From: Octopus sinensis
Lineage: Eukaryota
Assembly (NCBI RefSeq): GCF_006345805.1
Contig: NC_043002.1
Span: 53,444,001 to 53,508,000 of the forward strand
Direction of reading: 5' to 3'
DNA: 64,000 nt
Shown piece by piece: positions 52,051 to 64,000 of this stretch. A model generated the notes under the pieces. That model did not search any database, was not told the DNA's origin, and saw only the letters and a program-made list of their open reading frames with translations. How positions within the stretch are numbered: the first letter of the stretch is position 1; each line of letters opens with the position of its first letter. A program made the position numbers and the translations under genes.

Positions 52051-52859
52051 GCTTACTTATAATTTTTCCCATTGTTTTCTTCGTACCAACAAAAGTGATC
52101 CTTTCGTATACTGATGGCAGACGAATGCAATAATAATTGCACAACACGAGTTTTATGAATATAGCTTCACATTATATGTAATTCCGACACGGAATATTTC
52201 AGATTTTAATTTGAAACATCATTCAAGGCAAAGTTTAGATAAATGTGTTTGTAAGATTATATACCTATATGTCAGTTCAGAAAATGTAATTTATATTTTA
52301 ATGTTTTAGAAAAATCAATTGAATAATGTTTGTAGCAAATGTTCGTGTCAATGAAAATTTTCAACTGTTCAATCAAATGTGTACGACCAGATAAATGACA
52401 ACCACAAACAATGAACGCAAATAACTTGCATGTTTGTCGGGGTAAATCTTTCTTGTTTATTTTTAAATTCTTTGTGATTTAAGATAACCGATTCTCTTTT
52501 ATTAAGACTGGAACAAAACTGACTCAGCTAAACGGGAGATATGATATGAATAAAACAACCTAGCTGTTACTTACAGATCTCAGAAAGGCGACAAAATAGA
52601 GTGTACTATCTGCAACACAGTACAAACTCGACTCAATAAACTACTTCATTCTGCTTGGCTTCTTTAATTTGATGATGTGTTCTGTTTGGCTCAAAAATGG
52701 TTACACTGACAACTAGTATGGGAGCCCAAACTTTCAATTAGTCAGAATAACAAACATGACAAAAAGTGAAACTCTAAGTATCATCTGCATGGGACCTCTA
52801 GAATCTCATGGACCCATATTTAAATACAATTATTTTAAAGTTAAACGTAAATATATGTC

Positions 52860-53476
52860 AGACGGCAAATGACAGAATCGTTAGTATGTCGTACAAAATG
52901 TTTAGCAGCATCTCTTCGAACTCTTGACGTTACTAAGTTCAAATCCCTCAGAGGTCGATAAAATACAGTACCAGTCAAGTACTGGTGTCCGTTTATCTAC
53001 TGGTCCCTCCCTGTCAAAACTGCTGACCTTGCAGCTGCACTAAATTGGCGTCGTATGCAGGGAAATGGTGTGATTTCGATCATTTATACGTCATGGAAAC
53101 CGATAATCGGCTCTTAGGGATCAAGAAAAACACAGATAAGCACTGCGTGGCACCTTGGGCAAGTGTTTTCTAGTATAACCTCGGGCCGACCAAAGCCTTG
53201 TGAGTCAATTTGGTAGACGGAAACTGAAAGAAACCTGTCGTATATTCATATATATATGTGTGTGTTTCTGTCTGTGTTTATCCACCCATTACCACCACCA
53301 TCGCTTGACAACCGATACTGGTGTGTGTGAGTCCCGGTAACCTAGCGGTTCGGAAAAAGAAACAGATAGAATAAATCTTAGGCTTACAAATAAATGGGGT
53401 CGAATTGTTCGACTAAAAATACTGGTGCTCCAGCATTGTCGCAGTCAAATATGTGAAACAAGTAAAAAAATAAAAG
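52860..53476 (+). mobile_element. Decayed SINE-B (~52860-53040) followed by SINE-A (~53140-53476)
   Basis: cagaatcgttag..agttcaaatccc..gaggtcgataaaatacagtaccag; then ggcaccttgggcaagtg..cgggccgaccaaagccttgtgag..ggtgctccagcattgtcgcagtc. Confidence 0.75.
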
Positions 53477-53989
53477 AATATAGGTAAAATGGCTTGAAAT
53501 ATACTTGAGTTCAAATCTACCTTCATCCAAGAAGCTGAATACAATTAATCTTTCTCTCCGGGAAAACTCATTCATACAGGTGAATATTGCTTCAAGAACT
53601 CTGCAGTCCGGTCCAATCAACGATTAGTAGCAGGTGGCTATACACAGAACTGCAGACGAATATTTTCGCCCGCTGCATTCTAAGATGAAGATGATGTTTT
53701 ATCATTTAATACAATTTATACAACATTTGCATGTTTCTGTCAGTATTATTTAAATGTTTCTGTTTATATTTGCTTAAAAAATCGTCTACAGCTTTTAATT
53801 TCGGCTGTGAAAATTATCAATTGTCTCATGGAAACAGTGATATCAGATATCGAATGCAATGAAAATTCAGTATATTTTATTGTATTTACACGGAAGGGAT
53901 TTGCTTTATTTCTTTCATTTTTTTTTTGTTTGTTCATATCATCTGCATTGTATGAAAAAGATATTTTAGCAGTAATTTTAGTCAGCTGA

Positions 53990-54183
53990 ATACACGTCAT
54001 TGATTGGTTGAAATTACCGAAATACGAGAACTTCAAGGTGAAATAACTTCGTAAATATAAGTTTTTCTCAAAAATGCTAAGAGTAAAACGTTTTATATAA
54101 CACGTTCTACAAGTGGCCGAAGTTTGAAAGTGTTTAGTTACAAAAATTATTTTTTAAATCTGTAGGTCAAAAGGTAAAGATCC
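53990..54183 (-). mobile_element. Older diverged relative of the 46160 MITE (one end only)
   Basis: acgtcattgattggttgaaatt..acacgttctacaagt..gaagtttgaaagtgtttagttac..aaagatcc aligns by eye with the reverse complement of 46160-46350. Confidence 0.6.
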
Positions 54184-54699
54184 AGATTTTTTATTGCATG
54201 TAACATTTCTAATAATTAAGTTTTATAATGCCTACATGCTACAAGAGAGAAGACGACGATTAAAAATGTTATTGAATTCTTAGCAACGGTGAGAGGGACA
54301 CTTAGTAAAGGGGGAACACTCGGAACAGAAGTAAGGCAAAACAAAATGAATTGGCGAAACAGCAATAGTGCATATGTGCTGGGAGGATAAAGAAATGAAA
54401 TATTGAACATTAGTTCTGGAGCAATGGAAAAACATAGAAAAGAGGTGAAAAACAGATTCACTTGCTTTGCTGGCTAACTTCTGTTGAAAGCAAATTTCCT
54501 TCTCTCTTTCTGGCTGTTACATATTTACATGCTCTCGGCGTTTGGTGAAGATGATTAAGATAATGAGAGAATCGTGATGTTGGACGTGCTGATCTTGTTC
54601 GCAGTATGGTGGTGTCACAACAGCTGTTGGTAGTGGGGATGGTCGTAATTATGATGACAATTAAAATCATTTTAACGAGGATGATTATAATGCTGACGA

Positions 54700-54981
54700 T
54701 ATTAATGACGAAGACGATAATTAGGAGATAATAATGAGTATATTCATCATAATTATTCAATAATTATTTTTTCACTGATAATAATAATTATGATCATCAT
54801 CATCGTCATAATAATGTGGATAATCATAATAATAATTATTAATATGATTATTATTAACGTCATTATCATCATCATCGTCACCATTATCATCATTATAATA
54901 ATTATTATTATTATTGTTATTATTATATTATTATATTATTATTATATTATTATTATTATTAATATTATTATTATATTATTA

Positions 54982-55034
<53 letters not shown>

Positions 55035-56160
55035 TATTATTATTATTATTAAAGCCAGGCAAAATGCTTTGCGGCATTTCTTCCGGCCCTTTATGTTCTG
55101 AGTTCAAATTTCGCCGACGGTTGACTTCGCTTTTCATCCTTCTAGGGTCGATAAAATAAATACCCTTTGGTCATTCAAAATCGGCTTTATTATTATTATT
55201 ACCATGGTAATGATCATGATTATGATAACATTTATCATTATAAATGCAGTGAACTGGCAGAATCATTAGAGCGTCGAAAAGTTTTACTATGTGAATTGAA
55301 ATCTCACCGAGTTCAAATCTGCCTTTTCTTCTTTCTGGATTCAGTAAAATAAAATAGCTGTCAAGACTGAGATTGATGGTATCGATTATGCCCATCTTGC
55401 AATACTGCTAGGCTTGTGTCTACAGTAGTAGTAGTAGTGGTGGTGGTGGTGGTGGTTTTGGTGATGATGGTGGTGGTAGTTTTATTATTATTGTTGTTGT
55501 TGTTGCTGATGTTATTGAAAGGCGGTGATCTGACAGAATCGTTAGCACGCTGGACGAAATGCTTAGAGGTATTTTGTCCGTCGCTTTTGTTCTGAGTTCA
55601 AATTCCGCCGAGGTCGACATTGCCTTTCATGCTTTCGCGGTCGATTAAATAAGTACCAGTTACGCATTGCAGTCGATGTAATCGATTTAATCCTCTACCC
55701 GCAGCTGCCACTGCGGTAAAAATTTGAAATCATTGTTATTGTTATTACTGAAAGGTGGCGATCTGGCAGAATCGTTAGCACACTGAGGGAAATGTTTAGC
55801 GGCATTTCGTCCGCTTTTACGCAAAGGCGGCGAGCTAGCAGAATCGTTAGCACACTGGAAGAATTGCTTAGCGGTATTTCGCCCGCCGCTAGGTTCTGAG
55901 TTAAAATTCCGCCGAGGTCGACTTTGCCTTTCATCCTTTCGGGGTCAATAAATTAAGTACCAGTTGAATACTGAGGACGATCTAATCGACTGGCACCCTC
56001 CCACCAAATTTCGGGCCTTGTGCCTATAGTAGAAAAGAGTGTTATTATCATTAGTTGTAGAAGTAGAAGTAGTAGTGGTGGTGGTGGTCATCATCGTCGT
56101 CTTCGTCGTTGTAGTAGTAGTTATAGTAGTAGCAACAGCGGCAGCTTGGGCGGCGGGAGG
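54700..56160 (+). mobile_element. Stack of same-strand SINE-B copies alternating with (ATT)n/(GGT)n/(GTT)n/(GTA)n tracts
   Basis: SINE-B bodies at about 55060-55150, 55245-55400, 55518-55700 and 55750-56040 (the last with a doubled head), each preceded by a trinucleotide tract. Confidence 0.8.
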
Positions 56161-56947
56161 GGGATTCAGAGGTGGAAGAACTTCTAATATTGAAATATTG
56201 TATAATCTTTTTCATTTGTCGTTTAACTTTGATGTCTGAAACGCAGATATTTTGGAGCATTCTTTTCCAAGGTTAATTTCTATTACGGCTGGTTCTTAAC
56301 TTTGCCGATTACAGACGATATTTAGAGGTTATTTCTTGATTGGAGAGTAATTTAGGAAATACATATATAGCTATAACTTCTCCCATTTGAATTCTCATTT
56401 GCAATTCTGATATTTCATCATTCCTATTCCTTCAAACCTCCTGTACACTGCAGCAATATGGAATTTCTTATACTATTATATTGTCACATTAAAGTAGCAA
56501 GCTGGCAGAACCATTACAATGCGAGGTGGGATCCTTAGCTACATTTTTTATGTGTCCATATCGTGATTTGAAATGTCGACTGAGTCGACTTTGCATTTCA
56601 TCCTTTTCTGGACCCATAAATTAAGTAGCAGTTAAGTAATGAGGGCAAGATAATCAACTACTCCATTTCCCCTAAAACTATTGGCCTTATTCTAAAATTT
56701 GAATCACCTATGAAGAATGTAGCCACGAATTCCGAAACGATTTTCAAATTCCTGGTCTTGATTATATTGGGGTGAAGATGCTTGTACAAATTTCACACTA
56801 GTTTCTAAATCCACTTTCTCACAAATAATCTTTAAACATTTATGCATACACCACCCAGTTTTCTTTTAAATAAAGTTTGCGTTAATATGCTGCATTTGTT
56901 TATCAAATATGCTACAGTTTGATCGCTATGCCACACATATTCTACAT

Positions 56948-57014
56948 CAGTGATTCCCAGCCTGGGGTCTGCAAATGCAGTATTAAGGGTTCGTGAACTA
57001 AATTCAAATTTTCA

Positions 57015-57068
<54 letters not shown>

Positions 57069-57085
57069 ACACACACACACACACA

Positions 57086-57142
<57 letters not shown>

Positions 57143-57569
57143 ACAACTTATAAACAAGGGCAAAAGAAAAAATTATAATGCCAAATATGCCGAAAATAGA
57201 CAAATCGTCAATAACCATATAGCTTATCACTATAAGCACGCGTCTCGATGTAAGCCGACAGAAATTTCTAAAAAATTCCATTATTATGGTATCGGTCCCA
57301 ATTTCAGAGTTAATTCATAAGAATTTTCTCCTCGTCAGCGATAAATACGGTAAGAAATAAATGAAATACTTACTTATACCCATGGAAGAAGCAAACACTA
57401 ACTCATGAGCACACTTAAGTACCCCAAATATATCCAAAATAGAATTTATAAATATATATATATATATATATATACATATATACACACACATAAGGATAAG
57501 CATATTAAAATGGTCTATTGGAAAACTCATTTGAATAAAAGGGTTGGGAACCATTTTGGGGAACCACTG
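56948..57569. mobile_element. hAT (Charlie-like) non-autonomous element with an exact 8-bp TSD
   Basis: Left end cagtgattcccagcctgggg; right end reverse complement cagtggttcccc. TSD TTCTACAT at 56940-56947 and 57570-57577. Contains (AC)n/(TA)n tracts. Confidence 0.85.
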
Positions 57570-58369
57570 TTCTACATTATTATGGTTATGTAATTTTTCC
57601 AAATAGAAATTCATATTTGATCATTGTTCAGATATATTTGTAGCACTGCAAAGCTCAGTACGTTGATATTATATCTAAGGTTTAACTGTCATATCTTTCT
57701 GCACTACTACTACTACTTTTGTTTTCGCGAAGTAATCTCCTGGTTTTTCAATGTCTGTACTTGTATTCTTCCCCTCCTAAGAGATTCCAGTATTCTCAAT
57801 TCCATTCAAAATGAAATTATAAACTATTTCTTTCATAACGGACTCTGTTATGATTTGCATTCTTCTCGCTTTTCGCAATTAATTAAAATCTTTCATTTCT
57901 TTTGATGGGTTATTTAAATTGTATTAACAACGTTTTGTGGGCGTAGTGCTCTCTCTCTCTCTCTCTCTTTATCTTTCTCCCTTCTTCCATCTCCCTCTTT
58001 TTCTCTCTCTCACTCCTTCCATCTCTCTCTCTTTCTCTCTCTCTCTATATATATATGTATATATATCTCTCTTCATAATATAATCATACGTATATGTTTA
58101 CACACACACACATATATGTAGACTTCGTTTTCGAATTTTCCTATTGTACGGGTATCCACGCAATATCTTTGAAAATGTTTATGACCCCCGTATTATTGCC
58201 TAATCTTAATTATACCATATGATTTAGATTTAAGCATTGACTTTACATTCTTGACGTATTTTCTTCATGAAAAGAGCTACCCGCGATTTAATTTCCTTTT
58301 TCCTCATTTCTTTATATAGTATTTGCATTCTATTACTTTCGTCTACTATTCCTTTCTTCTTTTCAAAAA

Positions 58370-58585
58370 GCAGCGAGCTGGCAGAATCGTTAGCACGCCG
58401 ATCAATAGGCTTAGCAACATTTGGTTTGTCTTTACGTTCTGAGTTCAAATTCCGCCGAAGTCGGATTTATCTTTTATCCTTTTGGAGTCTATAAAATAAT
58501 TACCGGTTGAGCACTGGGGTCGATGTAATTGACTAGCCCCTGCTCCAAATTTCAGGCCTTGTGCCTAGAGTAGAAAGGATTATTA
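58370..58585 (+). mobile_element. SINE family B, near full length
   Basis: gcgagctggcagaatcgttagcacgccg..gagttcaaattccgccgaag..ggggtcgatgtaattgact..ccttgtgcctagagtagaaaggattatta. Confidence 0.85.
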
Positions 58586-59278
58586 AAGCCCTTAAATGTG
58601 ATAGATTAGCAGAATTTGAGTTCAAATTCGACTACGATCAACTTTTATCACCTAAACCCTTTCTCTTCAAAACTACTGACCGTCATTAATTGAGCACGAT
58701 GCCTCAAAATATGTCACATTTAAGTGTAGATCCGTCGCAATTCATTATCAAACTTCTACCCCGTATCTCTAAGAAATTTATTTACTGTTTGTACTAAATA
58801 CATTAATTGCTCCTCACTCTCTACGAACATATTCCAGGAATACATATACAAGGCAATTCAATAGATGCTATCTGATTTTAATTATATCCTCGTACCTTGA
58901 AGTTTCTTGAAGCACTTCTAAAGTTATCTCGTATATAATACAAACAGAATGAAATACCAGTTGTCACTACGAAAATCGCTTGTACGAATCGTGTTGGTTC
59001 TTATGTATTCATCACAAGAGCTAAATTTAATTAAATTATAACGTGTTTGGTTAGTAATAAAGTCAGCTCTAATATACGTTCATTCATTTTAATAAATGTT
59101 CTATACAATGCATGAATTGTAACCATTAATGTTAGCTAAGAATGTGTTGCTATGACATAGACACTAATATTATACATTTGTTTAATTGTGAGATGCAGGT
59201 CATTTCCTGTCATCCTATTTTATAATTCTGCACTTCATTAAAAGCTATTTCTTTCTGATGGCCATATATCCAGAACCA

Positions 59279-59530
<252 letters not shown>

Positions 59531-60330
59531 TCTGTCTATACCCCACTCTCGCTCTGTCTCTCTTTCCCCTCTCTCTCCCCCTCTATCTATCTAAACAAAG
59601 ATACAAATCGTACTTGCATTTCTAGAAATAAAAGTAATAAACGACTCGAATAGATACACAAAACACTACCCCCACGAGTTGACGCAAAGCGAGAAAGCAA
59701 GCAAAATCACATTTCTATGGTGATATATACTCACAAAATGAAGTAAACAGATATATCCATTTCACGTGATTTCGAACTCTGATAAGGTGCTTTTGCTTGC
59801 TCCCTCACTTTTCGTCAACTCATGAGTTTAGTGCTTTGTGTGGCTATTCAAGTTGTTTTTTACTCTTATTTCTAGCAATATGGTACTATTTGTATCCTTG
59901 TTTATTAATTTACCTTTAGGTTTTAATTACTAATGGGTCACATATGATATAATATTGGTTGGCATCCTTTTTGTCTCGGGAGACAATGGAGTTGCGCATA
60001 AAATAGTCTAGTCCGGCTTTTACATTTCATGTCCTGATACATATCCTGCTGTGGCTGTGTAGTCCTATCCTGGACAAACACTCCCTCTGGCAGGTACCGC
60101 AAATGTAGCGAAGACTGTTCCTGGCTGGTTGTGATGTCATAATTTCTTGTTGACGTCTTTTCTTGTCTTTCCATTTCTCCTCTCTCTCTGTCACTCCTTT
60201 GTATTCCCTCTTTTACGGTACGTCGCCAATCTCCACGGTTGCTGGCAACTGCTTCCCAATTTCTAATATTGATGTTGCATAATATTGATGATATAATATA
60301 TTTAATATATTATATTATACTATTTATACG

Positions 60331-60362
<32 letters not shown>

Positions 60363-60378
60363 ATGTATGTATGTATGC

Positions 60379-60445
<67 letters not shown>

Positions 60446-60490
60446 CATGTATTTATATATATACATATATGTTTATATATATGTATTATG

Positions 60491-60536
<46 letters not shown>

Positions 60537-60907
60537 CATATATTACCATTTTTTACCATTTTTTACCCCTCTGCGAAAATATCTCAGAATTTTAATTGAT
60601 TTGCTTTTCGCAGGAAGGAAAGTTTCTTGTCGAAGATACGTCTCGCTTTTATCCTTCGAAACGTAGAGTAGATGAAACCTTAGCGACTGAAGAAGGGGTT
60701 TTTTCGTTGTGTTAATTGTCCTGTACTCCATTTTTTGTTGGTTTAAAAAAATGTCCTGTTCCTTTGGTTTGTGTCTATGTTTTCGTTTCTCTTTGTGTTC
60801 GACGTCCCTTTGGTGTCCTGTACTCATATATGCGTGTATATGTACATGTAGAGGTAGGTACGTACATATATGTTTATATATATGCATATGTTTTATTTCA
60901 TTTATTA

Positions 60908-60939
<32 letters not shown>

Positions 60940-60964
60940 TTCTCTCTAGATACATACATACATA

Positions 60965-61625
60965 CCTGATATAAACATTTGGGATAGAGAAGAGAAAGTG
61001 TGGAAATTAGCTGCCCAACGGCTGTTAACGTAAAGCTGAAGATCAGTGAAAATGAGAACACCTATGCTGAACTATTGAGAAATCTACAGTTACTCTATCC
61101 AAATTACAAGTTCAGGTTTATACCTGTGATTATTGGGCCCTGAGATAGGTAATACACTACCTAAATACCAATCTTGAGAAATTAGGCTTCTCAAATCCAG
61201 AAAGGAGAAGGCTAATTCGAAGACTACAGATCCAATCCATCAATGGAACTGTAAAAATCTGTATAACTTACCAGAAGTTTATCATTTAAATATATGTGAG
61301 CATGTCCAGATATGTAATTATATGCGTGAGAATACATACATAAAACATACAAATCTGCACAAACATGCATGCTTACATACATACAAAAATACTCTGTTGT
61401 TGATGTTGAAATTCCAATGAAGGAACCTTGGATCTAGGTTAGAAACTGACTCTCTATTGGCAAGAAATCTTGAAATAAACTGAATAATGACATGCATATA
61501 TACAAAAATATTCCGTTGATGTTGTTGAAATCCCAATGTCCCAATGAAGGAGCTTCGGATCTAGCTTAGAAACCGACTCTATCTCTGTTAGCAAGAAATC
61601 TTGAAATAAAACTGAATAATGACAT
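60965..61625 (+). mobile_element. 3' end of a Dong/R4-like RLE LINE with a tandemly duplicated ~120-bp 3' UTR unit
   Basis: PDINIWDREEK..EISCP..NVKLKISE.E.TY.ELLRNLQLLYPNY.F.FIPVIIG (PD..D/ExK nuclease) and LQIQSINGTVKIC. The UTR unit atacaaaaata..gttgatgttgaaat..ggatctag.ttagaaac.gactct..gcaagaaatcttgaaataaa occurs twice. The 5' break is at a TA/TACA tract. Confidence 0.8.
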
Positions 61626-61640
61626 ACACGCGTATATATA

Positions 61641-61673
<33 letters not shown>

Positions 61674-64000
61674 CATTAATACTAAAAATTCTTTGTACTT
61701 TTGATACAAGGCCAGCAAATTAGGGGAGGCAATTTGTCGATTACATCGATCAGATCATAATACTTGAGTAACTCTTTCTCTTATCTCCCCCGAAAGGATG
61801 AAATATTTTTGAATATACAACGCTTCTGTAACGCAGAGATGCTGCCACTAAGAAACACATTTTGACGTAATGACATGTACTTAGTTATGTATTTTTAAAA
61901 TTCCTGTTTGCATTAATTAGTTTCAGATTTCAATGATCATATATATATACACCTGCTATTTAATGAAGTAACAAGTAAGTGAGCATCAATGCAAAGTTTG
62001 CCAAGTTCCATGCCAGTAACATAGACTTCCAAAGATGAAAACAAAAATACACGATAAAGAAACATATTTTAATGGTATTTAATGCAATTTAATGTTTGAG
62101 AAAATATGTAAAAAAAATGCCAAATAGTAAAATTTGAAATATTCAGATTACATACCACCGTAAAAAGATCTGCCTAATCAGATTGTTTTTATGAAAAGTT
62201 GACAATTCTACAATTATCAGTGCAATAAAACCACTGTGCATTACTAGTAGATGTCTTGTAGAGTCTCCATGTTGGCTGATATTTGTTGAAGATCCTGCCT
62301 ATTTGTTTGTCAAGGTTAGCTCCGTTAGGTTTTTTTTTATTTCTAAGTATTCCACGACGCTTCAGTTTTACAAACTGATTTAAAAAGCTGAGTGATTCAC
62401 AGCAGAAAGTTGCACTGCAAATTAAGATGAGCCTAAACTAATTTCATTAAGTTCAGAAGATTTTCTGAACTACTTTACAGAAGTAAATTGTAGTCTGTCT
62501 AAGTAATTCATTTTTTAAAATTCAGGTACTCGTGTAATTCCATTAATTTCATTTCCACATTAGATGAATATTGAAGTGGATGATCGATCGAGAAATGGAC
62601 ATCAACTATGAATAACTTAATATAGCCGAAAGAAGCCTTCAGCTTCTGCAAATCATAAATTCTGGATAGGAAATTTTTAAGAAAACCTTTTCAATCTATT
62701 TTCTAACCCCCCCCCCCAGTTAGTAGTCTTTTATTTCACATACATGGCAATGTACTTAACGTTTCTTGAAAATATAGGTTACTTGAAAAACGTCTATTTT
62801 AAAAGCTGAATTTGTTTTTAAGAAAGCTGTTGTAGTTTCGCTTGGAAAGTACAGCTGGAACTTTGTAAATGGTACATTATTTCGATAATGCACATCAGAT
62901 CTTCCATTTATTTAGAATTTTCATGTTGGGGGCTATTTATTTTTTCTGCAAGAAAACTTATAATTGGTTCCAAACGATATACAAGGCTATCCACAAATTT
63001 ACTGATTAGCAGCTACCTCAGAATGCAGTAGAGGCATATTCAAGGTCTTGTTGTTCAATAAAATTCTTGAAAAGCTGAAATTTCTCATTTAAAATTGCAT
63101 AAAATTGGCAAGTTTAAAGCAAGAGTTCATACGCTTCATACGTGAAGTATCTGACTGCTAGGTAGGTGTTCATGACGAATAATGCAAGGAATAAGGAGAC
63201 GTCATGCACATAAGCCTATATTTTCGCTGCCATTACAGATGCTTAATCTATTGCAGCACTGACGAGTTTATTCAGTAGAACAACAACATTTGTTAAACCT
63301 ACGTCAAAAAACTTTTAATGAAATTACCACGTGTTGTTTCTTTTAATGTCACTGAGCCTAATATCTCTTCTTTCGTAGTTGCATTAGGGGAAACGTAACG
63401 AATAACTACTGTCAGTTGTAGGTTGACAGGTAAACCTGTAGATTTGTCAACAGGTAAGCTAAAGACAAGAGAATTGCTTCAAACCATCTGGCATTTTGCT
63501 TAAAATTTCAGCACTGATCTGGAATATACACCACTCTGTAGTTTATGCTACTAACCGCTGCAGTTTCTTGTTTTTGTTTTAACAAATACTGCATCTTCTT
63601 TAGTAATACTTTTCTCAGCAAATTCGCTGTTAATATAGACGTTTAGCATTTATAATATATATGGCTTTATAATACAAACTCCAGGTATACTCTGTCGATT
63701 TTTAACTGAACGTTGTCATTATCGTCTTACTGATTATTTATTGATTATTTTAACACCGTTAATATATTTACCTTCTAATTTTTCACGAATAATCATTCGA
63801 AATATTTTTGATATTTGATTCATTGTAAGATTCATATTAACTTTAGAGCGACTGAATGACACGTGGCAAGTAAGAATCAAAGATTTATCTCCTTTAACAA
63901 TGAATGGAAAAGTTTTTCTCCATTTATGCCTTAAAATTTCTAATTTTTCATTTTAATATTTTCATTCTTTACGACTTAATGTCGCCATCTTCCACCAAAA

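Noticed and set aside
61375-61625. CRISPR-like or other regularly spaced arrays (here, at 51746-52050 and at 13032-13480)
   Set aside because: Whole-unit tandem duplications with no unique spacers, in a eukaryotic context with no cas genes.
61920-63460. Several AG..GT-bounded short segments in the repeat-poor right end (e.g. 62262-62314, SPCWLIFVEDPAYLFVK)
   Set aside because: Weak acceptors, no consistent phase chain, and stops in the other candidates; cannot be supported without RNA-seq.

Overview
AT-rich, repeat-dominated eukaryotic DNA. The SINE families and extreme microsatellite load point to an octopod cephalopod (Octopus-like); this is recognition from memory, not a database result. 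I find no convincing host gene: almost all track ORFs are microsatellite read-throughs or antisense frames of transposons. The main feature is a near-intact ~4.3 kb APE-RT LINE (26594-30871, +). Its N-terminal region carries a Myb/SANT-like domain, polyQ and two CCCH zinc fingers, reads in frame into endonuclease and RT, and is broken only by two single-base slips in homopolymers. Also present: a tandem pair of minimal hammerhead-ribozyme repeats between (TA)n tracts (13032-13480, -) with decayed relatives elsewhere; two Penelope-like remnants of different types; three Dong/R4-like RLE LINE remnants; a truncated LINE whose 3' tail matches a SINE tail; decayed mariner, Chapaev3-like, hAT and RTE remnants; two MITEs with exact 8-bp TSDs; many tRNA-derived SINEs; and a 670-bp near-perfect tandem duplication. 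Boundaries of decayed elements are approximate (tens of bp), and family names need Dfam/Repbase or phylogenetic confirmation.
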